DNA from: Microbotryum violaceum
Taxonomy: Eukaryota
NCBI GenBank assembly: GCA_001244265.2
Contig: CDLV01000006.1
Span: 434,001-498,000, forward strand
DNA length: 64,000 bases
Direction of reading: 5' to 3'
Positions 1 through 12,456 of this stretch are shown here, one piece after another. The position numbers and the translations under genes are program-made. The notes under the pieces are model-generated. The model saw only the letters and a program-made list of their open reading frames with translations. It searched no databases and was not told where the DNA came from. The first letter of the stretch is position 1. The number at the start of each line of letters is the position of its first letter.

Positions 1-55
1 CCCTTCGAGAGAGTACGCCGAAACCCGAGCGTCGTCTTCCGAAATCGTTCCATAA

Positions 56-183
56 TGAGAATGAGAATTTGAATTCCAGCTAGTACTAAGTCTACAAAGA
101 GACGACCGACTCCACCTCGTTCCTCAACCTTCCATCTGCCAACTCGGACATCGGGCATCGTGATCTCTTGCTTGTAGAAAACC
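56..183 (-). mobile_element. Short 5'-truncated non-LTR retroelement (LINE/SINE 3' end) insertion
   Basis: Flanked by 8-bp direct repeat TTCCATAA (48-55, 184-191). Its left ~50 nt (TGAGAATGAGAATTTGAATTCCAGCTAGT..CTACAA.GAGACGACC) match the tail of the LINE fragment at 30547. Confidence 0.7.
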
Positions 184-493
184 TTCCATAACATTCCACG
201 GCTTTCAATTTGCTATAAAAGCCGGCCATCTGATACTTTCTCCTTTGCTTCCTGCAAGCAACAACTCATACACCTCCTCATACCATAAGTGACAGTGACA
301 ATAATAAGTGCCCCAGGGTCCGACTTTTGTCACCTATTAGTGACAGGGCCAAAACAATTGGTGACCCAGCCCTAGCCGAGACACCTATGCGGGTCAAATT
401 AAGCGTGCCCAAAAAACTAGGTCGCGCGCAACGCGTTAAGGCAGCTTTTTTGAAATTTGGCCCAGGAAAACGTTGATACAGGCATGGTATACC

Positions 494-770
494 TCTAGAA
501 TCTCGGCGTCTGATTCGAGGTGGTTCAATACGTTAGAGCGCTCAGTTAACTATTGCAATGATACCGTGAATACTACGGACCTGATTCGAGGTGGTTCAAT
601 ACGTTAGAGCGCTCAGTTAACTATTGCAATGATACCGTGAATACTACGGACCTGATTCGAGGTGGTTCAATACGTTAGAACGCTCGAATCAGAAGGAAGC
701 TAAGAGAAAGCCCGCGCGCGCTCGCGCTCATGTAGCCTACAGAGTGTACTCCTCAAGTGTCAACTCAACA
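494..770. mobile_element. 277-bp nested insertion with 5-bp TSD (possibly LTR-derived)
   Basis: Absent from copy 2. ATACC duplicated at 489-493 and 771-775. One end reads ...CTCAACA (LTR-like TGTTGAG on the minus strand). Confidence 0.7.
510..679. repeat. 71-bp tandem repeat, ~2.4 copies
   Basis: CTGATTCGAGGTGG... starts at 510, 581 and 652. Confidence 0.95.
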
Positions 771-3700
771 ATACCATCCCCCCCCCCCCACCCCCCCCAC
801 GCGCCCAGAGGCAGAATAGCGGCTAAGTAGTACACTTGCTAACTCGCATATGCTAATCGGCCCTTGGCCTCAGCACATGGCACTGGCACCCCCACCTTCA
901 AGCTTCAACCCTCCCCCACCGCCTTGCACTCATCGGCATCGCTTCAAGCATGGGCTCCCTGCGACACACATCGCCACTACCACAAGCAAATCCAGCGTCC
1001 CTAGTAGAGAAAGACAAGGAAAAAGACACCAAGACCAAGCGTTAGAAATTGACGAGGCGGAGGAAGAAGAAGGCTGACGCGATCATCGAGAGCGGGGCGA
1101 CCACGGGGCCAGAGGAGAGGGCGAAGAAGAAAAAGAAAAAGAAAAAGATGAGGTCATGGCCCGTGCGAGAACAAGAAAAGGAGCCAGTCGTGTCCCCGGA
1201 GAGCGAGGCGTTTGTAGAATCCTCCGGCCACGCTGCTGGCATTATGGTATAGCGATCAAATCTGATGATAATAAAGGCTAAGGTATGACTAAGAGCTTTT
1301 AAGACACCAAGGCGAGAGACACGAGAGACTGCAGTGGGGATAGAATCGAAAGCGAGACCGAGTTCGAGAACGAAACGCTGAGGTCGGAGACTGGAGACGA
1401 TGCCAAACGAGACTTGAAACACGCAAAAAGTGAGAGACAAGAAAAAATTGTATTGAATCCTGGAAGTCTTCCTGAAAACAAGAAGAAAACTCCCCTCAAA
1501 CGTCCCGGCAGTTCAAACCGCTGCTTTCCGTTCATTCCCCTTCACCGCTTCCTCCGCATATCGGGCTCGGTCTTCCTTCCAAATCCTGCCTCCCAATGCT
1601 CGTCATTTTCCGAGTCTTTTCGGCGCAAAAGTGAAGGCCCGTTCGAAATCACATCCTCTTCCTCTCCCTCCCGTAAGCCGGCTTTAGCCTCCCTCCTCTT
1701 GTGGCCGCCGGGAATGACTCGTCGTCGAGACGCTAAAGTCCAGAACTTACTGCCGCTACGACTTCTATTAGCCTCGATGAGTTGAAATAGCGGATGCGAC
1801 CGGATCCCGAGTACCACAGTATTCACGGCAACCCAACGAGGCCGCGTCCGACACGTCGACCGACTCGGAGCCCTCTTCCATCGGAGGCATCGATCCCCGG
1901 CCGAGCCTTGATTACTACCTGTGGCAGTGCACCCAAAACACGGGCGAACAACAGATGGAGGGGTGCGTGGCGCTTCCGCTTTGGTGTACCGACGATGCTG
2001 AACTTATTCAGCAAACGACAGCGGATGGCCTGCCGGATTTGACTTCGTTTGCCCGCAGCCCTGGTGACACGATTGATGAGACGGACGACAACACGAACGA
2101 GGGAATTGACTTTGACATGAGTGATCATTCGAGCGACGATTTGAGTCATTACTCTATCGACGCCACAGACAACGGTGCATTTGTGCTTGAGGAGTGGGAG
2201 TTCAATGCGGAAGATGATGGCAGTGATGACGAAACTTGGTGAAATTTTTAATGGCTGTCTGGAATCGAAGGCTCTTGTTCCAAAAGCCTCAATCCAAATA
2301 GACAGATGATGCGAGCGCCCGCGTGCTTTTGCCTTTTCATTGAATAGTGTCTCTTCATGTCATACAATATTTCCCTTCTCCCGGAAGTGCAAAGTAGCAA
2401 CCATACGACCGAGAGGCAACCAACGCTGACAGGGGTTAGCTACCGCTTAAATGCGCTCTAGCCCGCTTGAAAAGGTTACTGCCCAGCAGTAGTGCCGACA
2501 GCGGGAGGTCTAACAGGTCAGCTAGAGATCCAGAAGGAAAGCTCTCTGCTACTGGCGATAAGATAAGCGGGAATTCTTCTTGGCTGCGCTGAGTTAGTGC
2601 GCTTTCAAATTTCCGCCATTGCGTTTGGTGTTTATAGCGTGCGCAGTCAGGCCAGTCAGATGCCCGAAGTCTGTGCCAGGTCTTTGTTGATACTTCCTGA
2701 GATCTCAGCAGAGATCACATTGCTAATTATCAGACTCCATTTACCCCCACACTCTAATGCGTACTCGAACTAAGGCTAAACTGATCCCATACTCGATCTG
2801 TTTTTCGGTGCTTTTCAATGGTGTTGTCTTGGCCACTTTAAGCCACGCAGCCACTAAGACCGTTGTACGTTTGCGTCGACATTGGACTCTCGACATTTCA
2901 GATACATGACGACGCACTCAATACCCCCGACAGGATGTTCGTGTATGATTGAACTCATTCTAGTTTGATAATGAGGAATGAGTTTGACAATACACGAATA
3001 ATATCTGTCCCGGTGCTGAGAAACAGGTGACTTTGATGCCAATCACACTTGCGCCTTTCATGTGCTCTCTGCCGTGTGACCCGATCCGTTGCGTGCTCTC
3101 ACCGGTACATGTACTACTGTTACATCGTAAAGGCGGAAGCTCAGAGTTAGCTGTGGACAGAAAAGTGGGGTATATACACCTGAACGAACATCATTGAGTC
3201 AGGATCACGATGTTGTTCTTCGTACTCTACCATTCCTCCTCGCATCAGAGTGCACGAGTGGCCTGCGAGCTATTGCTGGCCTCCGACTGTTTCTACTGTC
3301 GACCAACGCAGCCTTTGCAGATGCCAGTTCTGGTGGTATTTCAATCGGTCTCCTCGTTTTTTTTTTGCTTGAAATCTTCTTTGTAAGAACGAGGGTCATC
3401 ACCAACCCCAAGGAAACTCCCATCTTCGAGATCCGAAGCTCCGAAGCTGGCCTACTAGTCAGTGTGCTCAACTGCATTCGCTCCGACTTTCCCAAGGTTT
3501 TTAGATATTTTTTTGATTGTACTGCTGTTGGATTCTATTAAAGAAATAAACAGGGGTAGTAAGTAGTGAGTGAAGAGAAGCAGAAAATTAGGAGGGAGGG
3601 GGGGGGCAGAAGGTCAATACAGCAGCTGTCTTACCTGTGCATTGGTTGTATCCTCCATCTCGTCAGCAGGTGGTATTGGGTACAAGAGCTATATCGCATT

Positions 3701-4081
3701 TCGGTTCCGAATTCGACTCTTGGGAACATTGGTATAGGAAGATTGGTATTGTCTATAAGGATAACTCTAACACCGATTAGCTAATAAGCTTCGCTTCACG
3801 GCTCGTGGCACGCCCAGAGAGGTGCACCGTGCCGGGGTGGGCGAGGAGGGGGGAGCAATGGTACACCATCCCTCTACCAAGCTCCCCCGCTCCGCGACAG
3901 ACGAAAATCGAAAATCCGGAGAGTCAGCTTCCTTCTCGACACTCCTGCACCTGGCTTGCGCCCCGCTTGAGCACACGGTCCGTTCGCAGTCCGGCCGTAT
4001 CTGCCTCAGGCCTGGACGTCCAACAGTCGGTAGCTGCCTACCACCCGGTACTGCCTTAGCTGTTGATCCTGCACGTACGCA

Positions 4082-5959
4082 ATGCCAAGCCCTGCATCCT
4101 CTAACGCTGTGGTCGCATCACTACCGACTTTCCTCGGCGTACCTCTCGGCCTGATCTCGCTGGTCACCTTGACCTGTCAGAACTCGGCTTTGACGATCGT
4201 GTTGCACTACGTTAGTTCATCAGCTTCGTCACCTAAACCAACGCATGATTCGTACCTGAACGTGTTGCTCTGTTCTCGCCTGCGCTCGATGACTACACGA
4301 CAAATTGGCAATCGGCCTCCGAGTCGTATTGGCGAATCGGCGTATCGCTTCTGCCCGGCTCGCCTTGCTGCTTATCTCTGACGTACTGTCCATGCTTCAT
4401 TCGTAATCGCACCATACGCATATCGCCCTTCAATCTGTCCTCCATCTTGATATTGGAGAACGTAGTCGAGGGTTCGCGTCCCTGCGGACCGCATGTAATC
4501 GGCCGCGGAAGCCGTTCTCCTCAACGAACTGCTTAAGGGGTCAATCTCGTTCACCATCGCGTTTTACAACAATTTGCGTCTGTCGCCGTCATCGCGTGCC
4601 GCAAGCGCTTATGCTCCCATCTCGTCACAAGAGGAGACGTTCTTGGAGGAGTCTGAATCGAAGGAGAGCTTAGAACGGCGCGATGCCCCGGATCAGCCTA
4701 GGCACGAGCTGTGGATGATATCGCGAATCATCTACTCGGTGAGACAGACGGCGCTTGACGTGTTTTCGTGAGTTTTAAGGCCGGCGGTGCATTTGTTGTT
4801 GACACATCGCACGGAGTGCTGCTCTAATGCTGCCCTTCTCGACAACTTCGTGAGCGGCATTCGACTGACATTCCGCAATACTCGTCGGCGGTTCGTAGAT
4901 CCGACTGCTGGAGACTGTTGATCCCGGCTTGCCTTTATGTTGATACGCATTGCGGTGTCCGTTGACTGCAGACTCATGCAAGAACGCCACTCGTGTGCGT
5001 ACAGCTTAGATTCGTAGCGGCCAGATGTCTCGACGTCCCGACATTTCAAGTCACATAGATGAGTTGACGCGCCATCAATCAGTTGCTTGCAAGCGAAGAA
5101 CAAAGACCCGAGTCTTTCTTGGCGTGATCGCAGGACCTCAAAATCTTGACGACCGCTCTGTTCTCGGTCATACTTCTGCGGAAACGACTATCAGCCAGGA
5201 AATGGCTCGCCCTCTCTTTGCTCGCCACCGGGGTTGGTGTCGTTCAATTGCAGACGTCCGCTGCCAAGGAAGTGGCTTCTGGCGCCGTTGGCGATGCGCA
5301 CCTGAAACACCTTGATGGCCTTGTTGCTGTGGGTGCGGCATGCATGACGAGTGGACTGGCGGGCATGTACTTTGAGCTCGTGCTCAAAGGATCCCAGGTC
5401 GACCTCAGTGTTCAACTTTCGTGCTTCTCAATTGTTCCCGCACTAATCCCCGTTTTTTTTTCCGACTTCACACCCTTCAACAGCAGCGGTGCGTCCCCCA
5501 CATTACCACCGGGGAACGAATCGCGGCCGCTCTTTGCCTACTTTGGCCTGTGGGCCTGGGCTGTTGTTCTGATCTAGGTGGTTGGCGGTCTTGTTACCGC
5601 GTTGGTCATCAAGTTCAGGTGAGGTGACACAGTGACACGGATTCCCGGAAGATCTGGCGGTAGTGACACGTGCAGACGCTGACGGTAACCCGGACAAACG
5701 CTGTGACAGTGACAACATCATGAAGGGCTTTGCGACCTCGCTCCCTATCATTCTCTCTTTCATCGCCGGCATGATTCTATTCGACTTTCACGTCACCCCG
5801 GCCTTCCTCGTTGGCACATGTCTCGTCGTTGGAGCGACCTATCTGTACAACCAACCCGAGAGTCAACCACGAGCCGGGGACTCCTCGGCCGCCGCCGCTT
5901 TTCCTCTCGCCCTCATTTCCGCAAGATCGCATGGACCGCAGAAACCCATCGTCGTATGA
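4082..5959 (+). pseudogene. Nucleotide-sugar (UDP-galactose-type, SLC35A family) transporter pseudogene
   Basis: Motifs LISLVTLTCQNSALT, AVLLNELLKG, LDVPTFQVT, KILTTALFSVILL, SGLAGMYFELVLK, DNIMKGFATS. In-frame stops at 4496-4498 (TAA), 5056-5058 (TAG, followed by a donor-like ATGAGT) and 5575-5577 (TAG before VVGGL). Confidence 0.8.
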
Positions 5960-6249
5960 TGTCTTTCTGGTTTTATTGAAAGTTTTTCTTTCTTTCTTTC
6001 TTTCCCGGTTCTTTGCTGTTTGTTCATGTCACTTCTATTGTCGTTCTTATAATAGTCCCCATTGCGGATTGAATTAACGGTTCAAGGCCTCTCCATTCCC
6101 TCTCATTTTAGTGGATCATTTTTCAGATCTTAAAGAAATGGGACACGCCATGCCATCTTCAAGTGTGTGGCCTTTATACTCGAGGAAGGATGGGCGCGGA
6201 CGGCAGTTTCTCGCCAATGGCGACGCGCCGGTTACTACGAGATCAAGTT

Positions 6250-7760
6250 AGTCTAAGCTAAACTAAGGCCTCCCTTTGAGGGGCGTTGAGCTTAATGCTA
6301 AGAGCCCGTGACCAAATGAAATCTCGAATGATCAACATCGAACGACTTTCTGGAAGCCTGCAGCTGCCCTAGTGCGCTCTCACACTCTCTGACTCCCCAG
6401 CCTCTTTGACTTCAGACTTCCGGCCTTCATAGGTTTGATCAGGCCCAGCACTTGCAACATCTCGGAGTCGTCTGCGCTCTTTTCCCCGATCAGGGTACGT
6501 GTCGCAGGCTTGCAGCTTCCCCCGGACCAGGGTCTAAGAAGCTGAGGTAGGACTCAGAAGCTCAGACCCCCGAAAGCCCAGCCAGAGGCGGCCCGCAAAT
6601 TTGGACATTCTGGGGACCGGAAAATCGGCTAGGCAGCCTCGCAAATTTGGACATTTTTGGCTCAAAATGGGTCAAGGCTCACTTCATTTTGGACGTTTTC
6701 CTCCCTCCGGTCGAACTTTGAAGCGCAGGACAGGGTAGCGGGAGGCTGGCCCAGGCGCAGGGCACAGCCGGCCCACAGCGGCGCGCTGTTGGCGTTTGGA
6801 GCGCGTGTGTCTGCATTTGCTGTAAGGTATGTGCCTCTGCCAATGTGTATGAAATACAATCTGTCGTTCTTGACCGCTAGGCTAAAAGCAAGTCGTAACT
6901 AGAACTTGATAGTTCCGGCTACTCAGAGGCTATTTATGGGGCTGTTCCTGTAAGGCATCGCCTTACATTTGCGATCGTTTTTTGTTTTTTGATCGTCTCT
7001 AGATCTCGCTCGGAACGCCGACTTGTCGAGCTACATTTTCTCTTCTTCCTTCGAACCGGAGCTCTCTCGCCGAGAAAATCTTTCTTTTCCTAGTCGGTCG
7101 ATAGATTCACAGGGTTCGCCGGCGCCGATTCTCGTCGGATTCTTTAGAACCGATCACCGAAATGGCACTCCGAGTCGAAGAGCTCCGGGCGTAAATTCAG
7201 GAGTCCAAGGCTCGCCTTGTGTCTCTGTAAATCACTCAAGGGGAATTTGGTGGGCATGATTGATTCTGATTCAGGGTCAATGGGTCCTACACTGCTGCCC
7301 TAGCCAGTGTGCTTGACTGCATGTCCTGCGAATTTTCCACAGATTTATCGGTACTGTATTAGGATGTAGCGCGCGGCTGAGAACCATATTTTGTCGTACA
7401 ATATTTTATCTAGATGTCCATCAAATGACAAATGATAAACAAAGATGAGATCCTATTCGAGTCCACTGAAAAGGCTCGTTGGCGGTGGCGCTGGCAGCGC
7501 TCTTGGTGCTTGGTGCGCGCGCGCAACTTTTCCCGCCCGCGCGCGGCGCGAATGCAGTCTGCGCGTAGCGCTGAAAAATTTCTGAGCACTGTACAGCTTA
7601 TAGAGTAGGTTTGAGAAATTATTCAACACTAGGCGGCCCTCATATCTGGACATTTTCAGTCAGAATCCGGGAAAAATGTTGGACATTTTGCCTCGAAAAA
7701 GTCCGTTTTTAGAGGGCCGCCTATGGCTGGGCTTTCGGGGGTCCTGCTGAGGTCTGACAT
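6250..7760. mobile_element. Non-coding DNA-transposon relic related to the 54.5-59.2 kb element
   Basis: 30-bp inverted repeat 6565-6594 / 7714-7743 (29/30). The same motif occurs at 57063 and 59109. Repeated GGACATT(TT) motifs. 6255-6296 resembles 54510-54555. Boundaries approximate. Confidence 0.65.
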
Positions 7761-7949
7761 CGCTGCAAACGGTGCGCGCGACCGCCGGGCTGCTCCCCTC
7801 CCCCGGCCAGACCTGCATCGGCGTGGACTGTAGGCAACGGGACCCCCCTAATCTCCCGTTCTGGGCGCGATAGCAAGTCATCGTACTCAGTCACTGATAC
7901 AATCTGTCCCCTCTTTCCACTGCATCGCGCGTTATTGAGTTATTGATAG

Positions 7950-9787
7950 ATGCGCAAGATGGTCTCGACCATCCGATCGAAAGACCACCAGGCTCGTCCA
8001 CCAGCATCCCTAGCGTCTGCCGGTGCGACGTCACCGTCACCGCCATCGAAACGCTTGTCGTCCAAAAGGATTGTCCGAATCGTGTTCTTTGCGCTCGTGT
8101 GTGACCTTCTTGCCTTCACCATGCCGTGAGTCCCGTCCTGCTCGGAAAGTCCTGAAGAACGATCCCGTTCGCTGAAATCTGTCGCATACGTCGCCCTCGC
8201 CCTCGTCCTCCTCATCGCTCACAGGCTTCCTCTTTTTCCCCGGTTGATCGACAACTTCGTGCTGGAAGAGTCTAAGTTTGCCCCCTTCTCCCCGACGCTC
8301 TTGTCGCGCACGCTGCATTTCGTACGGACTTTGCGCGCCAAACTTTTCTCCTACTCGTCGCTGGCGCCTTTGACTCCCCAGAGTACAGCTCGATGGGACC
8401 TCACATTGCTCGGAGGCCTCCTTTCGTCCCTCTTTTCGCTGTGCCAGTTTGTCATTTCGCCCCACCTCGGCGCGCTGTCTGATCGCTATGGTCGCAGGCC
8501 GGTCCTCCTTGCGTCGATGCTCGGGAATCTCATCTCCGCTCTGCTGTGGCTCTTCGCAAATCATTTCGGCGTGTACGCTCTTTCGCGTCTCGTCGGTGGA
8601 CTATCAGAAGGAAATGTTCAACTATCGATCGCTGCCATAACCGATGTCACCTCCCCCGAGGAGCGATCGCGGTCGCTCGCGCTGGTCGGAGTCGCGTTCT
8701 CCCTCGCCTTCACCCTCGGACCTTCGCTCGGAGCCTACTTTGCTTCGCGTGTAGTAGGAAGAGTACAACGTATCACTGTCGCCGGCCACCAGCTCGAAAT
8801 CAACTCGTACGCGGTTCCCGCTCTGGTTACCTTTGTTCTTCTCTCGATCGAAACGCTCTACCTCGCATTGCGCTTGCCCGAGACGAGGTGGTGGAAGGAG
8901 GACCAGGCCGAAGAGGATAAGGCCAGCGCCGCGTCGGCGCCGAAGAGCGTCGCCGATGAGAAGGCAGCGGCGGCTGCTCTTAAGCGAACGCCGGCGAAAA
9001 GGCAAGCGAGACTGAAGGAGTTGCAATGGCTCCATTTCGGTTTTTTGTTCTTCTTCTCGGGTGAGTGAAGTCGGGCCCTACCCTGTCGAGCCGAGTTCGA
9101 AAGAAGACTAATTCTCTCTCAGCGCGCGGGTTTCAGGTGCCGAATTTACCTTGACGTTTTTGACTTACACATTGTTTGACTACACGAATGCTGTGAGTTT
9201 TGGGTCGGGTCACGAAATGGAAACATGACCCTCATTGCTGATTCGGGGAACGTCTTTGTGCGGGTCGTTAGCAAAATGGCCGCTTGCTTGGCTACATCGG
9301 CGTGCTCGCTTCGCTCCTTCAGGGGGGGTACGTGCGCCGCATGAAGTCGTCGACCTCAGGCCCTCCCCGCCTCGTCCGAACGGGCATCTGGACTTGCTTC
9401 ATCTCGCTGGTCCTCCTGGCCATTTTGCCGCACGTGGGATCCATGTCGCCCACCAGCCGTTTCTCCAACGCCAACATTTTCCTCTACTCGGCCGCGACCG
9501 GGTTCGCGTACGTCTCGTCGACCGTCGTCACGAGCCTGACGGCGCTCGTGTCGTTCGAAACCGATTCCGACGTCGAGAACGTCAAGAGTGGTAAAAAATC
9601 CCATGGCGAGGCGTTGGGCAAGTTCAGGTCGAGCGGTCAATTGGGGAGGGCATTGGGTCCGCTCATCAGTACGATGGTGTACTTCGTTTGGGGTCCGACT
9701 TGGGCCTATGCGTTGGGATCAATCGGAATGGCGGTTGTGGCGAGCAAATGGAGTCGAGGGATGGGTAAGAAGATCAAAGTCAAATAA
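7950..9787 (+). CDS. MFS transporter (TetA/MFSD10-like drug:H+ antiporter), spliced
   Basis: MFS motif A GALSDRYGRRPVLL, RLVGGLSEGNVQ, AFTLGPSLG, SGQLGRALGP; GT-AG introns. Confidence 0.9.
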
Positions 9788-10000
9788 GCATTGAAGGCCA
9801 CTGGAGGGGATCTGAAGGCCGAAGAAAGCGCAACAACAAGATGTAGACCAGGCACCGGTCACGCCGCGCCACCGCCGCAAAGGCAGCAAGAATAGTGAAT
9901 TTAACCGTAGCATACTCATCGTTGCACTTCAATAAGGTGACTTGCCTCTATTGTTATTATGATGATAATACAGCGGTAGCGATACAAGCTTGTTGTGCGA

Positions 10001-12091
10001 TCACTCTAAACGAACACTGGCCCGGCCTCGGTTTTCCTCCCCTCTCCAGACAATGAGGGCCCCCACCGCGGTGACACCGTTGACGACTGCCACAATGGCG
10101 AAAGGTGCGCCTTTCCAAGCATCGAACAGCCAGCCGGCCGAAGTCCCGACGAGCAGGATGCCTAACCCGCCCGACACGGAATACGCGGCCGCGATCACTC
10201 CTGCAACTTCCTTGCCTTGCTTTTGGACCAAGGTGCCACGGGCCTGAGCCACTAGAGCGAGCGAGATGACGATCCCGCCAATCTGTGATATGCCGGCCAG
10301 GATCGCATAGACGATGGGCATCGGGCCGCGAGGGTCGCCGTGATGGGGCAAGAAGGACCAGCCTATGAAAGCGACTGTTCCGAGGGTCGAAGTCAAGGCG
10401 AGCAGCAGTGTGAACGATAATGACGAAGCGAGGAAGCCGACGAGGGGCGAGCAGAGGAGGGAGACCAATTGAACTACGCCCGTCAGGATCGAAGCCAATA
10501 TCAAGGCTCGTCGACAGACTTCAAAGGGCGGATTGCTCGGTGTCGGGACGTCTAACGCTGACGATGGCGTGGAGCAGAGCCCATTGGAGACAAAGTACTG
10601 TAAATGAGTTCGAGCAATGAGTCAAATCGGTCAGGTGGGTCTGAAACAAAAGCAGCAGCACTAACGTGGTTGATCAAAAGAGGGATGAAACCCGTGACGA
10701 TTGTCGCGCTCGCGCGAGACTGCACGAGGGGTGGTGGAGCGCCACATGTCAGTACGCAACAATACCACGAGCGGCTTTGGGGGCGAGCGCATCGCACTTA
10801 CCGTGAACGATGTCAGATAGCCTAAAGCTATGCGAGGCTCTTGACGAGCAATTCGGACGCCGAGCGACATTTCTTTGAGGGTAGCGATGCTCTTGTCCCG
10901 GAGCGTCGAGTTTGCTTGCCTCTCGCGACTCTTAATCGGTGCGACTGTCGACGGTCTGTTGAGACCGACGATGAGAAACAGACTCTCGACGAAGGCTAAG
11001 GCAGCAGTGAGATAGTAGGTGTATCTGAGAGCAGCTCGTAGCGAAACATTGGCGAATCGAGCAGATATTTGGGCCGGTAGAGGGAGCAAAACGAAGACTG
11101 AGCATCACCCGGGTAACATGCAGAAGAGGACGAGCACGAGGGCGTTAGTCTCTGCACTCGCCGCGAAAGTTTGAGGATGCGAATTTTGGCACCGAGGGTT
11201 GTGCGTACCTGCCAACAATGCACCCAACCCCGAGGAGAATCCGAGCAGCCCGGCGAACCGAGCTGACTTGTTTGCTGCGCTGGTCGTCGCTTGCTCACTC
11301 GACGTCGCCAACAAACGGGAGTGCTCGTTCGACAATTCCCTTTGATTGGAAGATGTTGGTTGGGAGTGACCATGGGGAGAAGACGTGCGTACATCGCCGT
11401 CTTGACCGGTCCCGATGTCGGATTCGGACTCGGACTCGGACTCGGACTCGGACTCGGGCAAAGCGGTCATCGAGGAGAGCGCTGCACTGAGCGCGGTGAC
11501 GAGAGCGCTGGCCCCGACCGCGAACAGCATCCGAGCGATTATGAGGACAGACAAGGGGACGTTGACGTAGGCCACCAAAGCGACGCCGCACAGTGCATGA
11601 CCTGCCACAGCGACCCACCGTACCCCTATCCGGTCGGAAATGAACCCCCACACGCTGTAGCAGCCGAGCGCGACGAGTTCATCTGCGAGCACGAGCTGGC
11701 CCGTCATGCGTCCGGCGTTGGGTACGTCGAGCAGGTCCAGCAGGAACGGTTGCGAGGCGTTCAGGAAGACGAGCAGCGTGATGGACAGCAGCGTTGAGCT
11801 GGCGAGCGCCACCGCGTTGATCGGTCGCACCGAGCGATCGAGGCCGAGGTACGCCGTCAGACGGGAGGAAGAGGCCGCCGATCGTAGCATGCTGCTCGAG
11901 GGTCGGTGGTCGGCGAACACACCATGGTCGAGCTCCGTTTCGGGTTCGGGTTCGGGTTCGTATAGGCCAACGAGTGAGGCCGTAGTCAGGCCCGCCATGT
12001 CGTCGTCGTCGTCGTCACCGCGCGGCGAAGGCGTGGGGGGCGACAGGGGAACAACCGAACGGACGGATCCGACCGGACTGGTCATGATCAT
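10001..12091 (-). CDS. MFS transporter, spliced
   Basis: WGFISDRIGVRWV motif A and many hydrophobic segments across ORFs 11105-12091, 10661-11089 and 10001-10504. Confidence 0.85.
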
Positions 12092-12456
12092 ACATGGCGC
12101 TTATTACGAACTCGGTCAGGCTTGAACTTTGTGTGAGCAGAACCATTTGTAAGGGGAGTACAATTCACGGAAAAGAACAAAATATACGGATACTTGCTTT
12201 CCACAATTTCGATGATACGTATTATCAGTGCTCCACTTGTGAAGTTGTGATCGCTCTGGACCTTCGTGCTCGGACCCGGTGATTAATGCAGAAGCCAGCC
12301 ATTTGCAGCATCATGCCGTCACCAGTGCCAAGATGACGGAGAAATCTCAAGGTCAGATTACAACAGCCATCAGTGGCGTACAATAATGCACGGCTACTTT
12401 TGCCCCAGAGAATGCCGTCGAGGTCAATGCTTGCTTCGGTCCTGCGCAGCGGCGCA

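Larger units (their letters stand above)
382..3888. mobile_element. Unclassified interspersed element, copy 1
   Basis: Direct repeat of 17326-21798 (offset ~17.9 kb), near-identical from ~870 onward. Both copies stop at the same GGGGGGAGC...GCTCCCCC hairpin. Internal ORFs are broken and not recognisable. Confidence 0.85.

Noticed and set aside
288..375. hAT-like right end (GTGACA repeats, ...CAGCCCTA)
   Set aside because: Plausible, but the partner end lies outside the window and the boundary overlaps the duplicated element.
510..679. CRISPR-like repeat array
   Set aside because: Units are identical along their full length with no unique spacers, and the context is eukaryotic.
3050..3185. 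GVY...TGES..R..EH resemblance to a GIY-YIG (Penelope) endonuclease on the minus strand
   Set aside because: The GVY part falls in an apparent intron and a different frame; there is no RT nearby and the match is too weak.
11424..11457. (GACTCG)n hexamer repeats here and in LYS2 (~31509)
   Set aside because: Ordinary coding microsatellites giving ES/DS runs.
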